Position numbers and translations under genes: made by a program
Shown here: piece by piece, positions 42,592-52,332 of the stretch
How positions within the stretch are numbered: the first letter of the stretch is position 1
Layout: the number at the start of each line of letters is the position of its first letter
Notes under the pieces: generated by a model
The model's database searches: none
What the model saw: the letters and a program-made list of their open reading frames with translations, nothing else
What the model was told of the DNA's origin: nothing
NCBI GenBank assembly: GCA_005881215.1
Contig: VBDZ01000003.1
Coordinates: forward strand, 1-58,560
Source of the DNA: Chloroflexota bacterium
GTDB lineage: Bacteria > Chloroflexota > Dormibacteria > CF-121
Direction of reading: 5' to 3'
DNA length: 58,560 nucleotides

Positions 42592-44694
42592 ATGCTGCTC
42601 GAGCTCGTCCTTTTCTTCGCGATTGCGTCGGCGATCACGACCGTTGCCGTCATGGTCCCAGGATTGATGCGGGCGCGGGCGTGGGCCAGCATCCCCGTCG
42701 GCCTGGTCATCCTCGCCGGCGCCGGCTGGCTGACCGGGCTGATCGCCCACGATCCGGTTGGCGGCACCATCCTGCCCCTCTTTGGGATCGGCGCGGTGAT
42801 CGAGACGCGGCGCCACCTGCCCCAGTGGAGCATGCTGGCGGCCCAGATGCTCGCCACCCTGCTGGTGGCGTCCGCCGTCTACCTGGTCTATGCCGGCGTG
42901 CAGCCCTTCGTCGATCAACTGGGACTGCTTGGAATCGTCGTCTCGTTCCTGCTCCTGCTCCTCGAAGCGGCCGCGCTCGCCCTCAGCGTGTATTACCTCT
43001 TTGAGATCCTCGACGTCTTCAGCCGCCGGACCCGAATCGCTCACCGCGCGGAGGCATCGTACCGGCCGAAGGTGGCGATGCAGGTCCCCTGCTACAACGA
43101 GCCCATCGAGGTCGTCCGCGAGACACTGACCGCCCTGGCCAACCTCGATTACCCCGACGTGATCGTCCAGGTGGTCGACAACAATACGAAGGACCCACAG
43201 ACCTGGCGGCCCCTTGAGGCCTTGTGTCACGAGCTGGGTGAACGATTTCAGTTCATCCATCTCGAGCCCTGGCCGGGTTACAAAGCCGGCGCCCTGAACG
43301 AAGCCACGCGTCGCTTGCCTAAAGATGCCAGCATCCTGGGGATCGTCGATGCCGACTACATCGTCAAGCCGGGCTTCTTGAAGGCGATTACCGGTCACTT
43401 CGCCGATGAGCGCGTGGCGTTCGTTCAGACGCCGCAAAACTATCGCGACTGGAAGGATAGCGGCTACCTGCGCGGTCTCTTCTACAGCTACCGGTATTTT
43501 TTCGACATCACCATGCCGGCGCGGGCCAATCGCAACGCAATTATTTTCGCCGGGACCATGGGGCTGATTCGCCGATCTGCGTTCGAGCGCGTCGGTGGCT
43601 GGGATGAGAGCGTCATCACCGAGGACGCCGAGGCGAGCCTACGAATGCTCGGGCTCGGCTCCGTCGGCGTCTACGAGCCGACCGTTTGGGGTGAAGGGCT
43701 CATGCCCCTGAGCTTCGATGGTCTGAAGAAGCAGCGATTTCGGTGGGCGCTCGGCGGTATTCAGATCCTTCGCCGGCAATGGCGCGAACTGGTCCCGCTG
43801 GCCCCCCATCGCCTTCAGCTCACGTGGGGCCAACGTCTCAACTACCTGTTCGGCAGCGTCCATTGGTTCGGCGATATGCTGACGGTCGGATTCACGTTCC
43901 TGTTGCTCCTAACGGCCGTCGCCTCCGCCCTCCATCACCGGCTGCCGATCCGCGAGCTGACCGGTCCGGTGCTGATCGTGCCACTCGCGTTTCTCGTCAC
44001 CGGCGTGCTGCGGGGCCTCTGGGCCTTGCGTCGGGCCGAGCGCTGCACCTGGGGCGATGCCCTGCGGGCTCTCGGCATCTGGTTCGCGCTCAGCTGGGTC
44101 GACAGCCTGGCCGTCGTCCGCGGACTGTGGAGCGGCCAGGCGGCATTCCTCCGAACCCCAAAGCAGAAGGAAGGCGGTAATCGGATCTGGCCGGCGATTC
44201 GATCCTCCGCCATCGAATCGTTGCTGGCCATCCTGGCATTGGTTGGCGCGGTGGTGATGCTGATCACCGCCCCGGCGATCGCAACCGCCATCCTCGCCGT
44301 GATGCTGCTCTTCGAGGCCTGGATCTTTGGCAGCGCGCCCTGGGCGAGCCTCGCCGCCGAAGGCGTTCAGCTGACGCCCTACCGACAGATCTACGGGCGC
44401 TCGGCGCAAAACACCGGCGATCGCCCCGAACGACCGAGCCGAGCCGGCATCGTCCCTGGGGCGCTGGCGGTGGTCGTCGCCGTGGTGCTCGCATATGGCC
44501 TACTCAACGCACCCGTCGAGCGCCCGCCGTCGGCGCAGTCTGACCTGCCGACCATCGGCAAGATCACGCAAAAGCAGCTACCCCTGACGGGGCCGACACC
44601 TACGGCCACGCCCACCCCGACCACGAGCGCGACGCCATCGTCAAGTGCCAGCGCGACGCCGAGCGCGTCGGTCAGCGCAACCGCGAGTCCCTGA
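42592..44694 (+). CDS. Processive GT2 glucan synthase (cellulose-synthase/NdvB-like), multi-TM, no PilZ seen
   Basis: VPCYNEP, DNNT, KAGALN, DADY, FVQTPQ, TED, QRFRW; T/P/S-rich C-terminal tail. Confidence 0.9.
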   Translation: MLLELVLFFAIASAITTVAVMVPGLMRARAWASIPVGLVILAGAGWLTGLIAHDPVGGTILPLFGIGAVIETRRHLPQWSMLAAQMLATLLVASAVYLVYAGVQPFVDQLGLLGIVVSFLLLLLEAAALALSVYYLFEILDVFSRRTRIAHRAEASYRPKVAMQVPCYNEPIEVVRETLTALANLDYPDVIVQVVDNNTKDPQTWRPLEALCHELGERFQFIHLEPWPGYKAGALNEATRRLPKDASILGIVDADYIVKPGFLKAITGHFADERVAFVQTPQNYRDWKDSGYLRGLFYSYRYFFDITMPARANRNAIIFAGTMGLIRRSAFERVGGWDESVITEDAEASLRMLGLGSVGVYEPTVWGEGLMPLSFDGLKKQRFRWALGGIQILRRQWRELVPLAPHRLQLTWGQRLNYLFGSVHWFGDMLTVGFTFLLLLTAVASALHHRLPIRELTGPVLIVPLAFLVTGVLRGLWALRRAERCTWGDALRALGIWFALSWVDSLAVVRGLWSGQAAFLRTPKQKEGGNRIWPAIRSSAIESLLAILALVGAVVMLITAPAIATAILAVMLLFEAWIFGSAPWASLAAEGVQLTPYRQIYGRSAQNTGDRPERPSRAGIVPGALAVVVAVVLAYGLLNAPVERPPSAQSDLPTIGKITQKQLPLTGPTPTATPTPTTSATPSSSASATPSASVSATASP

Positions 44695-44698
44695 TCCG

Positions 44699-45649
44699 CT
44701 AGAGGCGGCCGATGCGCGCCAGCAGGGACAGCCCATCGAGGTCGTCCAGGTAATACCACTGGAACATCACCCGCTCCACGCCCACGGCCGACCAGGCGTC
44801 CAGTTGTTCGGTGACGTCATCCGGGGTGCCCACCAGCCAGTGTCGTTGCCGAAGCACTTCCGGCACCGCGGCCGGCGACCCGCCGGCCGACGGCCCGAGA
44901 AACGAGTGGAACCAGCGTCCTTTCTCTAAGACCTCGCTTCGGTCGCGCCCGATCAGGATGCCACCCATCCAGGAGCGGTGAATCGTGTTGGGATCCCGAC
45001 CGACCGCCCGGCAGTGCTCCTCCAGGCGCGCCCGCTTCGCCCGGTACACGTCCGGTCCCGGCGCGTGGCTGTTCCACTCATCGGCGTGCATGGCCACGAT
45101 GCGCAGCAGCCGGACCTCGCCGTCACCGCCGATTAGCAATGGCGGCGCCGGCTGCTGGACCGGCCGCGGATACGCGCTCGCGCCGCGGAGTGGGTAGTAA
45201 CGGCCGTCGAGGTCGACCGGCCCACCGGTCCAGAGCGCCTTGATGACGGCGATCCCCTCCTCCAGTCGGTCGAACCGCTCCTTGAGCGGTGGCAGGGTGA
45301 TCCCGTAAGCGGCGTGCTCGGCTTCGTTCCAGCCCGCCCCCACGCCCAGCACCAGGCGCCCATCGGACAAGCCGTCGACCGCAGCCGCCATCCGCGCCAG
45401 CAGCGCCGGATGGCGAAAGGTGATCGGGCTCACCAGCGGGCCGAACCGGATCCGTTGGGTCCGCTGCGCCAGCGCGGTCAATGATGTCCAGCACTCCAGC
45501 GCCGGTCGCTCGGGGTGCCCGCTGAGGCTGAAAAAATGATCCGAGCGCCAGAGCGAGTCGAGACCAAGCGACTCCACCCGTTCGGCGATCCGAAACCATC
45601 GCTCCCAGGTGAGGCCTTCCTGCCCCTCGATCATCACGCCGATCCGCAT
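44699..45649 (-). CDS. LLM-class (probably F420-dependent) oxidoreductase
   Basis: IGVMIEGQEG, WRSDHF, G.LVSP.TFRHP, LGVGAGW.E.EH, PLLIGG.GE. Confidence 0.88.
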   Translation of the reverse strand: MRIGVMIEGQEGLTWERWFRIAERVESLGLDSLWRSDHFFSLSGHPERPALECWTSLTALAQRTQRIRFGPLVSPITFRHPALLARMAAAVDGLSDGRLVLGVGAGWNEAEHAAYGITLPPLKERFDRLEEGIAVIKALWTGGPVDLDGRYYPLRGASAYPRPVQQPAPPLLIGGDGEVRLLRIVAMHADEWNSHAPGPDVYRAKRARLEEHCRAVGRDPNTIHRSWMGGILIGRDRSEVLEKGRWFHSFLGPSAGGSPAAVPEVLRQRHWLVGTPDDVTEQLDAWSAVGVERVMFQWYYLDDLDGLSLLARIGRL

Positions 45650-45756
45650 CGCCGTTGACGTTAGCGCAATGCCCGGAGCCAACGCCCGGCCGCGGCCACC
45701 GGAGCCTGAGGGCCGGGCGGAATAGGCGGCCGCCGCCGAAGGTTACCGATAATGTC

Positions 45757-46722
45757 GTGCCTGCCGTCACCGTCGAGAACATCCTGACCCTGCCGCGGAT
45801 CCCGGATCCCGACCGGGCGGTGTCGATCGATCGTCCCCTGCTGGCCATCACCACCGCGCCGAAAGGCGTCGAGGGTGAGGGCTTTCCAGTCCGTCGTGCC
45901 TTCTACGGCATCGACCAGCAGTACCTCGACCCATTCATTCATATGGATCAGATGGGTGAGGTGGAATACGGTCCGGGAGAACCGAAGGGCACCGCCTGGC
46001 ATCCGCACCGCGGCTTCGAGACGGTCACCTACATGATCGATGGCACCTTTCAACACCAGGACTCCACCGGGGGTGGCGGCCTCATCACCAACGGCGCGAC
46101 CCAATGGATGACCGCCGGGGCGGGCATTCTGCACATCGAGCGGCCGCCCGAGGCGTTGATCGCGAGTGGCGGTTTGTTCCACGGGATCCAGCTCTGGGTC
46201 AACCTGCCGGCGGAGCAAAAGTGGACTGCGCCCCGCTACCAGGACATCGGAGGAGGCCGGGTCACGCTACTGTCGTCGCCGGATGGCGGAGCGCTGCTGC
46301 GCGTGATCGCCGGCGAGATCGCCGGTCATGCGGGACCGGGGATCACCCACACACCGATCGCCATGCTGCACGTAACGATCAATCCCGGCGCCGAGCTGCG
46401 CCTTCCCTGGCGGCGTGACTTCAATGGTCTGGTCTACGCGCTGGCGGGACGCGGAACCGTAGGGCCAACCCGTGCCCCGATTCGCACCGGGCAGCTGGCC
46501 GCCTTCGGCGCCGGCGACACGATCACGCTCACCGCGGACCTCACCCAGGAGAGTCGCTCACCGAACCTCGACGTGCTGGTGCTCGGCGGGGAGCCGATCG
46601 GCGAGCCGGTTGCCTGGTACGGCCCGTTCGTGATGAACACGCACGAAGAGCTCGCCCAGGCCTTCGATGATTACCGCCGCGGGCGGATGGGCACCATTCC
46701 GGCCGCGCACATCGGCAACTGA
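45757..46722 (+). CDS. Pirin-family protein
   Basis: DPFIHMDQMG, WHPHRGFETVTY, HQDS, QWMTAGAGILH.E, QLWVNLP, YGPFVMNT. Confidence 0.93.
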   Translation: MPAVTVENILTLPRIPDPDRAVSIDRPLLAITTAPKGVEGEGFPVRRAFYGIDQQYLDPFIHMDQMGEVEYGPGEPKGTAWHPHRGFETVTYMIDGTFQHQDSTGGGGLITNGATQWMTAGAGILHIERPPEALIASGGLFHGIQLWVNLPAEQKWTAPRYQDIGGGRVTLLSSPDGGALLRVIAGEIAGHAGPGITHTPIAMLHVTINPGAELRLPWRRDFNGLVYALAGRGTVGPTRAPIRTGQLAAFGAGDTITLTADLTQESRSPNLDVLVLGGEPIGEPVAWYGPFVMNTHEELAQAFDDYRRGRMGTIPAAHIGN

Positions 46723-46744
46723 CGCCGGACTCGAAGCGCGGCGC

Positions 46745-47122
46745 TCAGCGGATGCCGCTGTCATATCCGACCGTCACCGATACATAGGTTCCCGGCGACA
46801 CGGTTACCGACGTCGGGATCGGCCTCGGCAAGAAGCTCGAGCCGACGGTCACGCCAACCAGCGTGTAGGTCCCCGGCGCCAGGTCGACCTTGAATCGTCC
46901 GTCGGCGCCGGAATGAACGCGAGCGACCTCCGCGCCACTCCTGTTTCGCACGACCACGGTCGTGGACAGGGGATGGGCCGGGCATGGCGAGTTGATCCGC
47001 TCCACGGGGCAGGTGGGGCCGACCTCGACGCTGCCCTGGATCCCGGTTCCGGGCTGCGCCGCCGGCGTGCCGCAGGCGGCGAGTAGCAGCCCAATCGCGC
47101 CGGACACGATCAGCCGTTTCAT
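46745..47122 (-). CDS. Small lipoprotein with a carboxypeptidase-regulatory-like beta fold
   Basis: LLAAC lipobox; GPTCPVE...PC, S.ADGRF.V.L.PGTY. Confidence 0.75.
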   Translation of the reverse strand: MKRLIVSGAIGLLLAACGTPAAQPGTGIQGSVEVGPTCPVERINSPCPAHPLSTTVVVRNRSGAEVARVHSGADGRFKVDLAPGTYTLVGVTVGSSFLPRPIPTSVTVSPGTYVSVTVGYDSGIR

Positions 47123-47141
47123 CCAGTCTCTTCATGCTTAC

Positions 47142-47166
47142 GACGCGGACGCCGGCAAAAGGTTCC
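47142..47166 (-). promoter_or_regulatory. ECF-sigma-type promoter GGAAC-N17-GTC
   Basis: Minus strand GGAACCTTTTGCCGGCGTCCGCGTC, 20 nt upstream of the lipoprotein ATG. Confidence 0.6.
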
Positions 47167-47171
47167 CGGCT

Positions 47172-48134
47172 TCAGGCGCCGCGCACACCGGCGATCGGGT
47201 TTCCCGCGGCGTCGACCGAGCGCTGCGCAGCCTGGTCGGCGCGCGGCGAGCCGTCGCCCGGATAGACGACCACCGGCGTGCCGAGCGACGCCCAGGCGAA
47301 CAGCGTCCCAACGGCGGCCAGCGGCAGGTGGATGCAACCGTGGCTGGCGAATGGGCCATTCTGGGACCCCGGGCCTAGCGTCGAGTCCGGCTGCCAGCTG
47401 GCGTCGTGCAGGCCTTCGCCATTGTTGGTGAACCAGAGCACCATCTGCACCGGCGTATCGGGATACCATTCGGGCGCTCCCCGCGGCCAGGGCGAGTGCA
47501 TGGTCCACGGGGCGTCCTTGCTCACCACCCGCATCGCGCCAATGTCCGTCGGCAGCGACGGCCGGCCTGTGGTGACGGGCGTATCGGCGACCGCCCGCCC
47601 GTTGTCGTAGGCGATGAGCCGCTGCGCGGCGATCGAGACGATGATCAGCCGGCTGGGCCCGTTGTGCAGCAGGCCGTTGTGGATCTCGGTGCCGTAGTGC
47701 TCGACGCCGGCAACCCCAAGGGCGAGCCGGGCCTGGTCGGTGGATGCCAGCCACGCGCCGTATCGCTCGAGCTGTGCATCGAGCCGTCCGACCCAGCGGA
47801 GCCTGAGGAAGTCCGCCACCGTCGCGTCATTGCGCCCGACTACCAGCGCCATCCGGCCCCGCTCGCCCAATGCTCGCGGGTTGCCGGCGTAGTGCATCGC
47901 CAGCCGGCTGGCCTCCGGTTGGAGCGCGGCCGTATCGCTGGGCGGTCCGGCTGCCGGCCGGCCCTGGCCAGCGCCCGCCGTCGATGGGCTGCCCAGTGCG
48001 ATGCTGCCGGCACCGGCGGTGCTCAAGACGAGCCCGGCGACGATGACGGCGGCCACCACCGCCGATCGAGGCATCCAGACGGGGCGCCAATGTCGCCCGA
48101 TCCAGTTCCAGACCCCAGTTGCGCTAGCAGACAT
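47172..48134 (-). CDS. L,D-transpeptidase (YkuD domain)
   Basis: IIVSIAAQRL, VTTG, GLHDASW, SHGCIHL, LGTPVVV; TATAAT upstream. Confidence 0.9.
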   Translation of the reverse strand: MSASATGVWNWIGRHWRPVWMPRSAVVAAVIVAGLVLSTAGAGSIALGSPSTAGAGQGRPAAGPPSDTAALQPEASRLAMHYAGNPRALGERGRMALVVGRNDATVADFLRLRWVGRLDAQLERYGAWLASTDQARLALGVAGVEHYGTEIHNGLLHNGPSRLIIVSIAAQRLIAYDNGRAVADTPVTTGRPSLPTDIGAMRVVSKDAPWTMHSPWPRGAPEWYPDTPVQMVLWFTNNGEGLHDASWQPDSTLGPGSQNGPFASHGCIHLPLAAVGTLFAWASLGTPVVVYPGDGSPRADQAAQRSVDAAGNPIAGVRGA

Positions 48135-48195
48135 AGTGTTAGTGCAATTATAATGTTTATCGGCCGATCCGAGCGGCGGCCCGTACCATGGCCGG

Positions 48196-49671
48196 ATGGC
48201 CGTTCCGTCCTATGCCGGGACCTCGCGCGCCCCCGACTTTCCGCAGGGGCTGGACTGGCTCAACGTCGCCCGGCCGTTGCGCCTGGCCGATCTCCGCGGC
48301 CGGCTGGGGATCATCGATTTCTGGACGTTCTGCTGAATCAATTGCATGCATACCTTTCCGCAGTTGCGGAAGATCGAGCGGAAATACGGCGACCGGTTGA
48401 TCGTCGTCGGGGTGCATTCGCCCAAGTTCCCCGCCGAGCGGGAAACGGCCAATCTGCGGGAGGCGGTGTTGCGTTATCGAATCGAGCACCCGGTGGTGAA
48501 CGACCGTGACTTCGCGGTCTGGCAGCGCTTTGGCGGTCGTGCCTGGCCGACCCTGATCTTCATCGACCCGGACGGTCGGGTCATCGGCAAGCACGAAGGC
48601 GAGCTTCCCTTCGAAAAATTCGATCAGCTGGTGGGCGGCATGCTCGAGGAGTTCGAGGCGCGTGGCGTCCTGAACCCGGCGGCCTCGCCGATTGCGCTCG
48701 AAGCGATCCGCGAGCCCGCCCACACCCTGAGCTTTCCAGGCAAGGTGCTGGCCGCTGATGACGCGCTCTACATCGCCGACACCAACCACCACCGGGTCGT
48801 GGTCGCCGCTCTGGATGGATCGATCCAGCGGGCGTTCGGCGGCGGGGAGCCGGCCTTGATCGACGGCCCGGCATCGCAGGCCGCATTTCAGCAGCCGCAG
48901 GGATTGGCGCGATCCGGCGCATCCCTGTACGTCGCCGACACCGAAAATCACGCGATCCGCTCGATCGACCTCGACACCGGCATGGTCACCACGCTGGCCG
49001 GCACCGGCGAGCAGGCGCGAGTGGCCAATGCCGGAGGGCCCGGCCGCTCGACGTCGCTGAGCTCTCCATGGGACCTGGCGTTGTCCGGACCCCTCCTCTA
49101 TATCGCCATGGCCGGCACCCACCAGATCTGGTCCCTCGATCTTGAATCAGGCACGGTCGCGCCGTTCGCCGGGACCGGCCGCGAAGGCCTACTCGACGGC
49201 GCGCTCGATCGCGCGTGGTTTGCCCAGTCGAGCGGCCTGACGCTGGCCGATGGTCACCTGTACGTCGCGGACGCCGAGGTCAGCGCGGTGCGCGACATCG
49301 ACCTTCGCGCCAAACAGGTGAGCACCCTGGTCGGCGAAGACCTCTTCGTTTTTGGTGACCGGGACGGGGAGGGTGACGCGGTGCGCCTGCAGCACCCGCT
49401 TGGCATCTCCGCCCGGGACGGAACCATCCTTATTGCCGACAGCTACAACAACAAGATCAAACGACTGGAACCTGGGCGCCGCGCCGTGCAGACCTGGCTC
49501 GGTAGCGGGGCCGCCGGACGGGCCGACGGGCCCGGCCCATCCGCGTCCTTTCGAGAGCCGGGCGGCGTGTGCGCCGGTCGGGCGGGACTCTACATCGCCG
49601 ATACCAACAACCACCGCATTGCACTGGCGGACTGGGAGCGCGGAGAGGTCCGAACCCTGATCGGCGACTGA
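48196..49671 (+). CDS. Thioredoxin-like plus NHL-repeat protein (NHLRC2/SOQ1-like) with in-frame TGA; probable selenoprotein (C-U-I-N-C)
   Basis: ATG 48196 (TACCAT 6 nt upstream); DFWTFC-TGA(48334-36)-INCMH..VGVHSPKF..E; NHL repeats IADTNHHR, VADTENH, IADSYNNK. Confidence 0.9.
48356..48371 (+). promoter_or_regulatory. Candidate bacterial SECIS hairpin
   Basis: TTCCGC-AGTT-GCGGAA; loop starts 25 nt after the UGA and has G at its second position. Confidence 0.7.
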
Positions 49672-49677
49672 CCTCGG

Positions 49678-50367
49678 TCAGAAGTGGTCGCGGAGCTGCC
49701 GGAACGACTGCAGGACGAGTAGTCGTCCGTCGTGCACCGGAACCTCCGCCTGCTCCAGCCGCCAGGTGTGTGCATGCGGAATGAAGACCGCGTGCAGGCC
49801 CGCCTCCAGCGCGGGATTGATGTCGGACCTGGGTGAGTTGCCGATCATCCAGGCCTGCTGCGGATCGACGTGGTTCGACCGGATCAGCTCGCGATAGCCG
49901 GCCAGATCCTTCTCCCGGGTGACCACCACCCGCTCGAACTGATCCTTAAGCCCGGACCGCTGCACCTTGAGCTGCTGCTCCTCGTGCTCACCCTTGGTGA
50001 ACAAAAGCAGACGGTGACGTGGCTCGAGGTAGGCCAGCGTCTCGGCCACGTCGGGTAGGAGCTCGAGCTCGACGTCGACGATCCGTCGGCCGAGGTGCAT
50101 GACATGGTCGAGGTCGTCCTGGTGCAGTTCCCGTTCGGCCAGGCGCTCGTAGGTTTCGCGGAGATTGCGGGCGAACGCGGCGGACCCATAGCCGTGCACC
50201 CGGCTGTTGAGCCGCTCGATCTCATCCAGGGTGGCCCGCACCTGCGCCCGGCTGAGCGCCGAGTGGTCGAGATAGTCGATGAAATCCTCGATCGCCTGCT
50301 CGAAGTGGACGTTGTTTTCCCAGAGGGTGTCGTCGCCGTCGATGATCAAGACCTGCCGCGCGGCCAT
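49678..50367 (-). CDS. HAD-superfamily hydrolase (5'-nucleotidase-like)
   Basis: IIDGDDTLWEN, FTKG, MIGNSPRSDI.P; TATGCT 9 nt before ATG. Confidence 0.88.
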   Translation of the reverse strand: MAARQVLIIDGDDTLWENNVHFEQAIEDFIDYLDHSALSRAQVRATLDEIERLNSRVHGYGSAAFARNLRETYERLAERELHQDDLDHVMHLGRRIVDVELELLPDVAETLAYLEPRHRLLLFTKGEHEEQQLKVQRSGLKDQFERVVVTREKDLAGYRELIRSNHVDPQQAWMIGNSPRSDINPALEAGLHAVFIPHAHTWRLEQAEVPVHDGRLLVLQSFRQLRDHF

Positions 50368-50477
50368 CGCGTCTTGAGCATAGCCATCAGCGGCCGGCGC
50401 GATTGGGCGCTGGACGGCCAACCGGGACGCCAGTAGAATGGGGCCACCCTGAGGGGGCCAGGGCGGAGGTCGGGGAC

Positions 50478-51314
50478 ATGCGGGCGCCGTCGTTCCTCGG
50501 TTTGGACGTCATGGAGCGGCCGCGCCTCAACGCCATGACCATCCGCCGGTTGGCGCTCATCAATAGCGTCGGCCGCTGGCCGGGCCTCGTCTTCGCCGCC
50601 ATCCTGTCCCTGATGGTGCCGCCGAAGCTTCCCCTCGGGCTGGTGGTGCTGCTCGCCTGGGTCGCCGTCTACAACGGCTGGGCCATGATCAACATCCCGC
50701 GCGCGGATGATGGCTCGGTGCTGCGGATTGCCCGCGCGCTGACCCTGCTCGACACGCTGAGCTACTTCGCCGTTCTCTTTGTCTTCGGCGGGGTGGGCGC
50801 CAGTACCAGCATGTACGCCGCCTACATCGTGCTGATCGTCTGGCTGGTGGCCTACGACGGCGCCGAGGGCGCCATGCTCGCGGTGGGCATCTTCGTGCTG
50901 GGCATGATCCTGCTCCAGGCCGCCCTATTCGCGCTGTTCGGCACCCCGTTCAACGCTCGAGACGTGCTGCTCTGGAGCCTGATCATGGTGTTCGCCGGGG
51001 CGATGCTGGCGGCCTACGACCGCATCGTGGTCGGCGGCACCGCCCTCGCCCAACGCGACCGCCCTGAGGGGGTCGGCAGCGCGACCGTCACGCCGGTCAC
51101 GAGTGGAAACGCCGCCCCGGCGGTCCGCTTATCGCGTCGCGAGCAGGAAGTCCTTCGGCTGGTTGCCGACGGCTACTCCAACACCATGATCGCCGGTCAC
51201 CTGCACCTGAGTGAGAACACGGTCAAGACCTACGTCGAGAACCTGCTGAGCCGGCTGAAGGCCCGCAACCGCGCCGAAGCCGTGGCGACCGCGTCCCGCC
51301 AGAATTTGATCTAG
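50478..51314 (+). CDS. Membrane-embedded LuxR-type regulator (about 6 TM plus HTH, no receiver)
   Basis: GGAGG RBS; hydrophobic N-domain; LSRREQEVLRLVADGYSN..IA..L.LSENTVKTYV..LL.RL..RNRAEAV. Confidence 0.88.
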   Translation: MRAPSFLGLDVMERPRLNAMTIRRLALINSVGRWPGLVFAAILSLMVPPKLPLGLVVLLAWVAVYNGWAMINIPRADDGSVLRIARALTLLDTLSYFAVLFVFGGVGASTSMYAAYIVLIVWLVAYDGAEGAMLAVGIFVLGMILLQAALFALFGTPFNARDVLLWSLIMVFAGAMLAAYDRIVVGGTALAQRDRPEGVGSATVTPVTSGNAAPAVRLSRREQEVLRLVADGYSNTMIAGHLHLSENTVKTYVENLLSRLKARNRAEAVATASRQNLI

Positions 51315-51426
51315 GAAAGGACCCGTCTCCCCCATTCGGCCTCCCCCGGTTGGAACCGGAACCGGCGCATTTTTCATTACCCTGGGGGATACCGCGGGCG
51401 GCCCAACCCACGTACGCTGTGCCGCA

Positions 51427-51714
51427 GTGGGGGCGCCGATCGACCTGGGGGGTTGGACGTTGGCGACCAGGATGGTGGGGGGTTTCATCCTGGTCGCTTT
51501 CTTATTGTGCATCCTGCTCGCCTGGCCCGGACGACGCCGGTGGCCGATCTGGCTGATCTCCGGTCTGTGCACCTCTCTCTGCGCCGCCCTGGCGCTCAGC
51601 CTGACCATGACCGGGGGCTGGCTGCTCGCCTGGGCCCGGCTGGCGACCCTCGTGCTGGCCGCCGCCTTTCTCACCACCGCCGCCGTGCGCGACCTTCGCG
51701 ACCCGCTTCGCTAG
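51427..51714 (+). CDS. Small 3-TM hypothetical protein
   Basis: Three hydrophobic stretches; TACGCT 8 nt before GTG. Confidence 0.55.
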   Translation: MGAPIDLGGWTLATRMVGGFILVAFLLCILLAWPGRRRWPIWLISGLCTSLCAALALSLTMTGGWLLAWARLATLVLAAAFLTTAAVRDLRDPLR

Positions 51715-51739
51715 CGCGGCAGCGAGCCTCCCTCAACTC

Positions 51740-51779
51740 CCGGCCTTGACCGCGAGCGCGGCTGTCAGGTAACGTGATA
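51740..51779 (+). promoter_or_regulatory. Promoter/operator motif, copy 1
   Basis: CCGGCCTTGAC-N12-TGTCAG-N6-TGATA. Confidence 0.55.
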
Positions 51780-51808
51780 CCCACATTGTCCATAACCTTC
51801 TGGAGGGA

Positions 51809-52324
51809 TTGCTCATGATCCTGTTCCTACTGCTCCTGATCGTCGCTGGGGCCGTCGTCGGCCTCTACGCCAGCCAGAACACCGCCACCCACGATGTCAC
51901 GCTCTGGCAATGGCACTGGTCCGCGGTCCCGGACTGGGTCCCGGTCGTGCTGGCCGCCGGGGTCATCGGCGCATTGTTCGTGCTCTACATGCTGTACTCC
52001 GGCGTGGTTCACGGAGTCCGCGTCGGCTCGATGCGCCGCCGCGTCACGACCCGCGAGTCCGCACTCAGCGACCTGCGCCGTGAGAACCAGCGCCTGCGCG
52101 AGGAAAATGCCCGGGTCCGCAGCGAGCTCCGCGGCATGGACCGCGGCGTAGCCATCGCCGACCGCACGGGTTCGGTGCCGGCGGATCGCGAAGGCAGCCC
52201 GCAGCCGGTCGCCGCGGCGTCAGCCGCTGATCGGCCACGGACCGCGGCCCCCTACCGGCCGCGACCGACGTTCGGCGAGCGGGTGCGCGCCTTCTTCAGC
52301 GGCCGCGAACCGGCCGGCTACTAG
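51809..52324 (+). CDS. LapA/DUF1049-like membrane protein with coiled coil
   Basis: A.QN...V.L....W...P..V.V.A; second TM; LRRENQRLREEN. Confidence 0.75.
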   Translation: MLMILFLLLLIVAGAVVGLYASQNTATHDVTLWQWHWSAVPDWVPVVLAAGVIGALFVLYMLYSGVVHGVRVGSMRRRVTTRESALSDLRRENQRLREENARVRSELRGMDRGVAIADRTGSVPADREGSPQPVAAASAADRPRTAAPYRPRPTFGERVRAFFSGREPAGY

Positions 52325-52332
52325 CGCTTACG

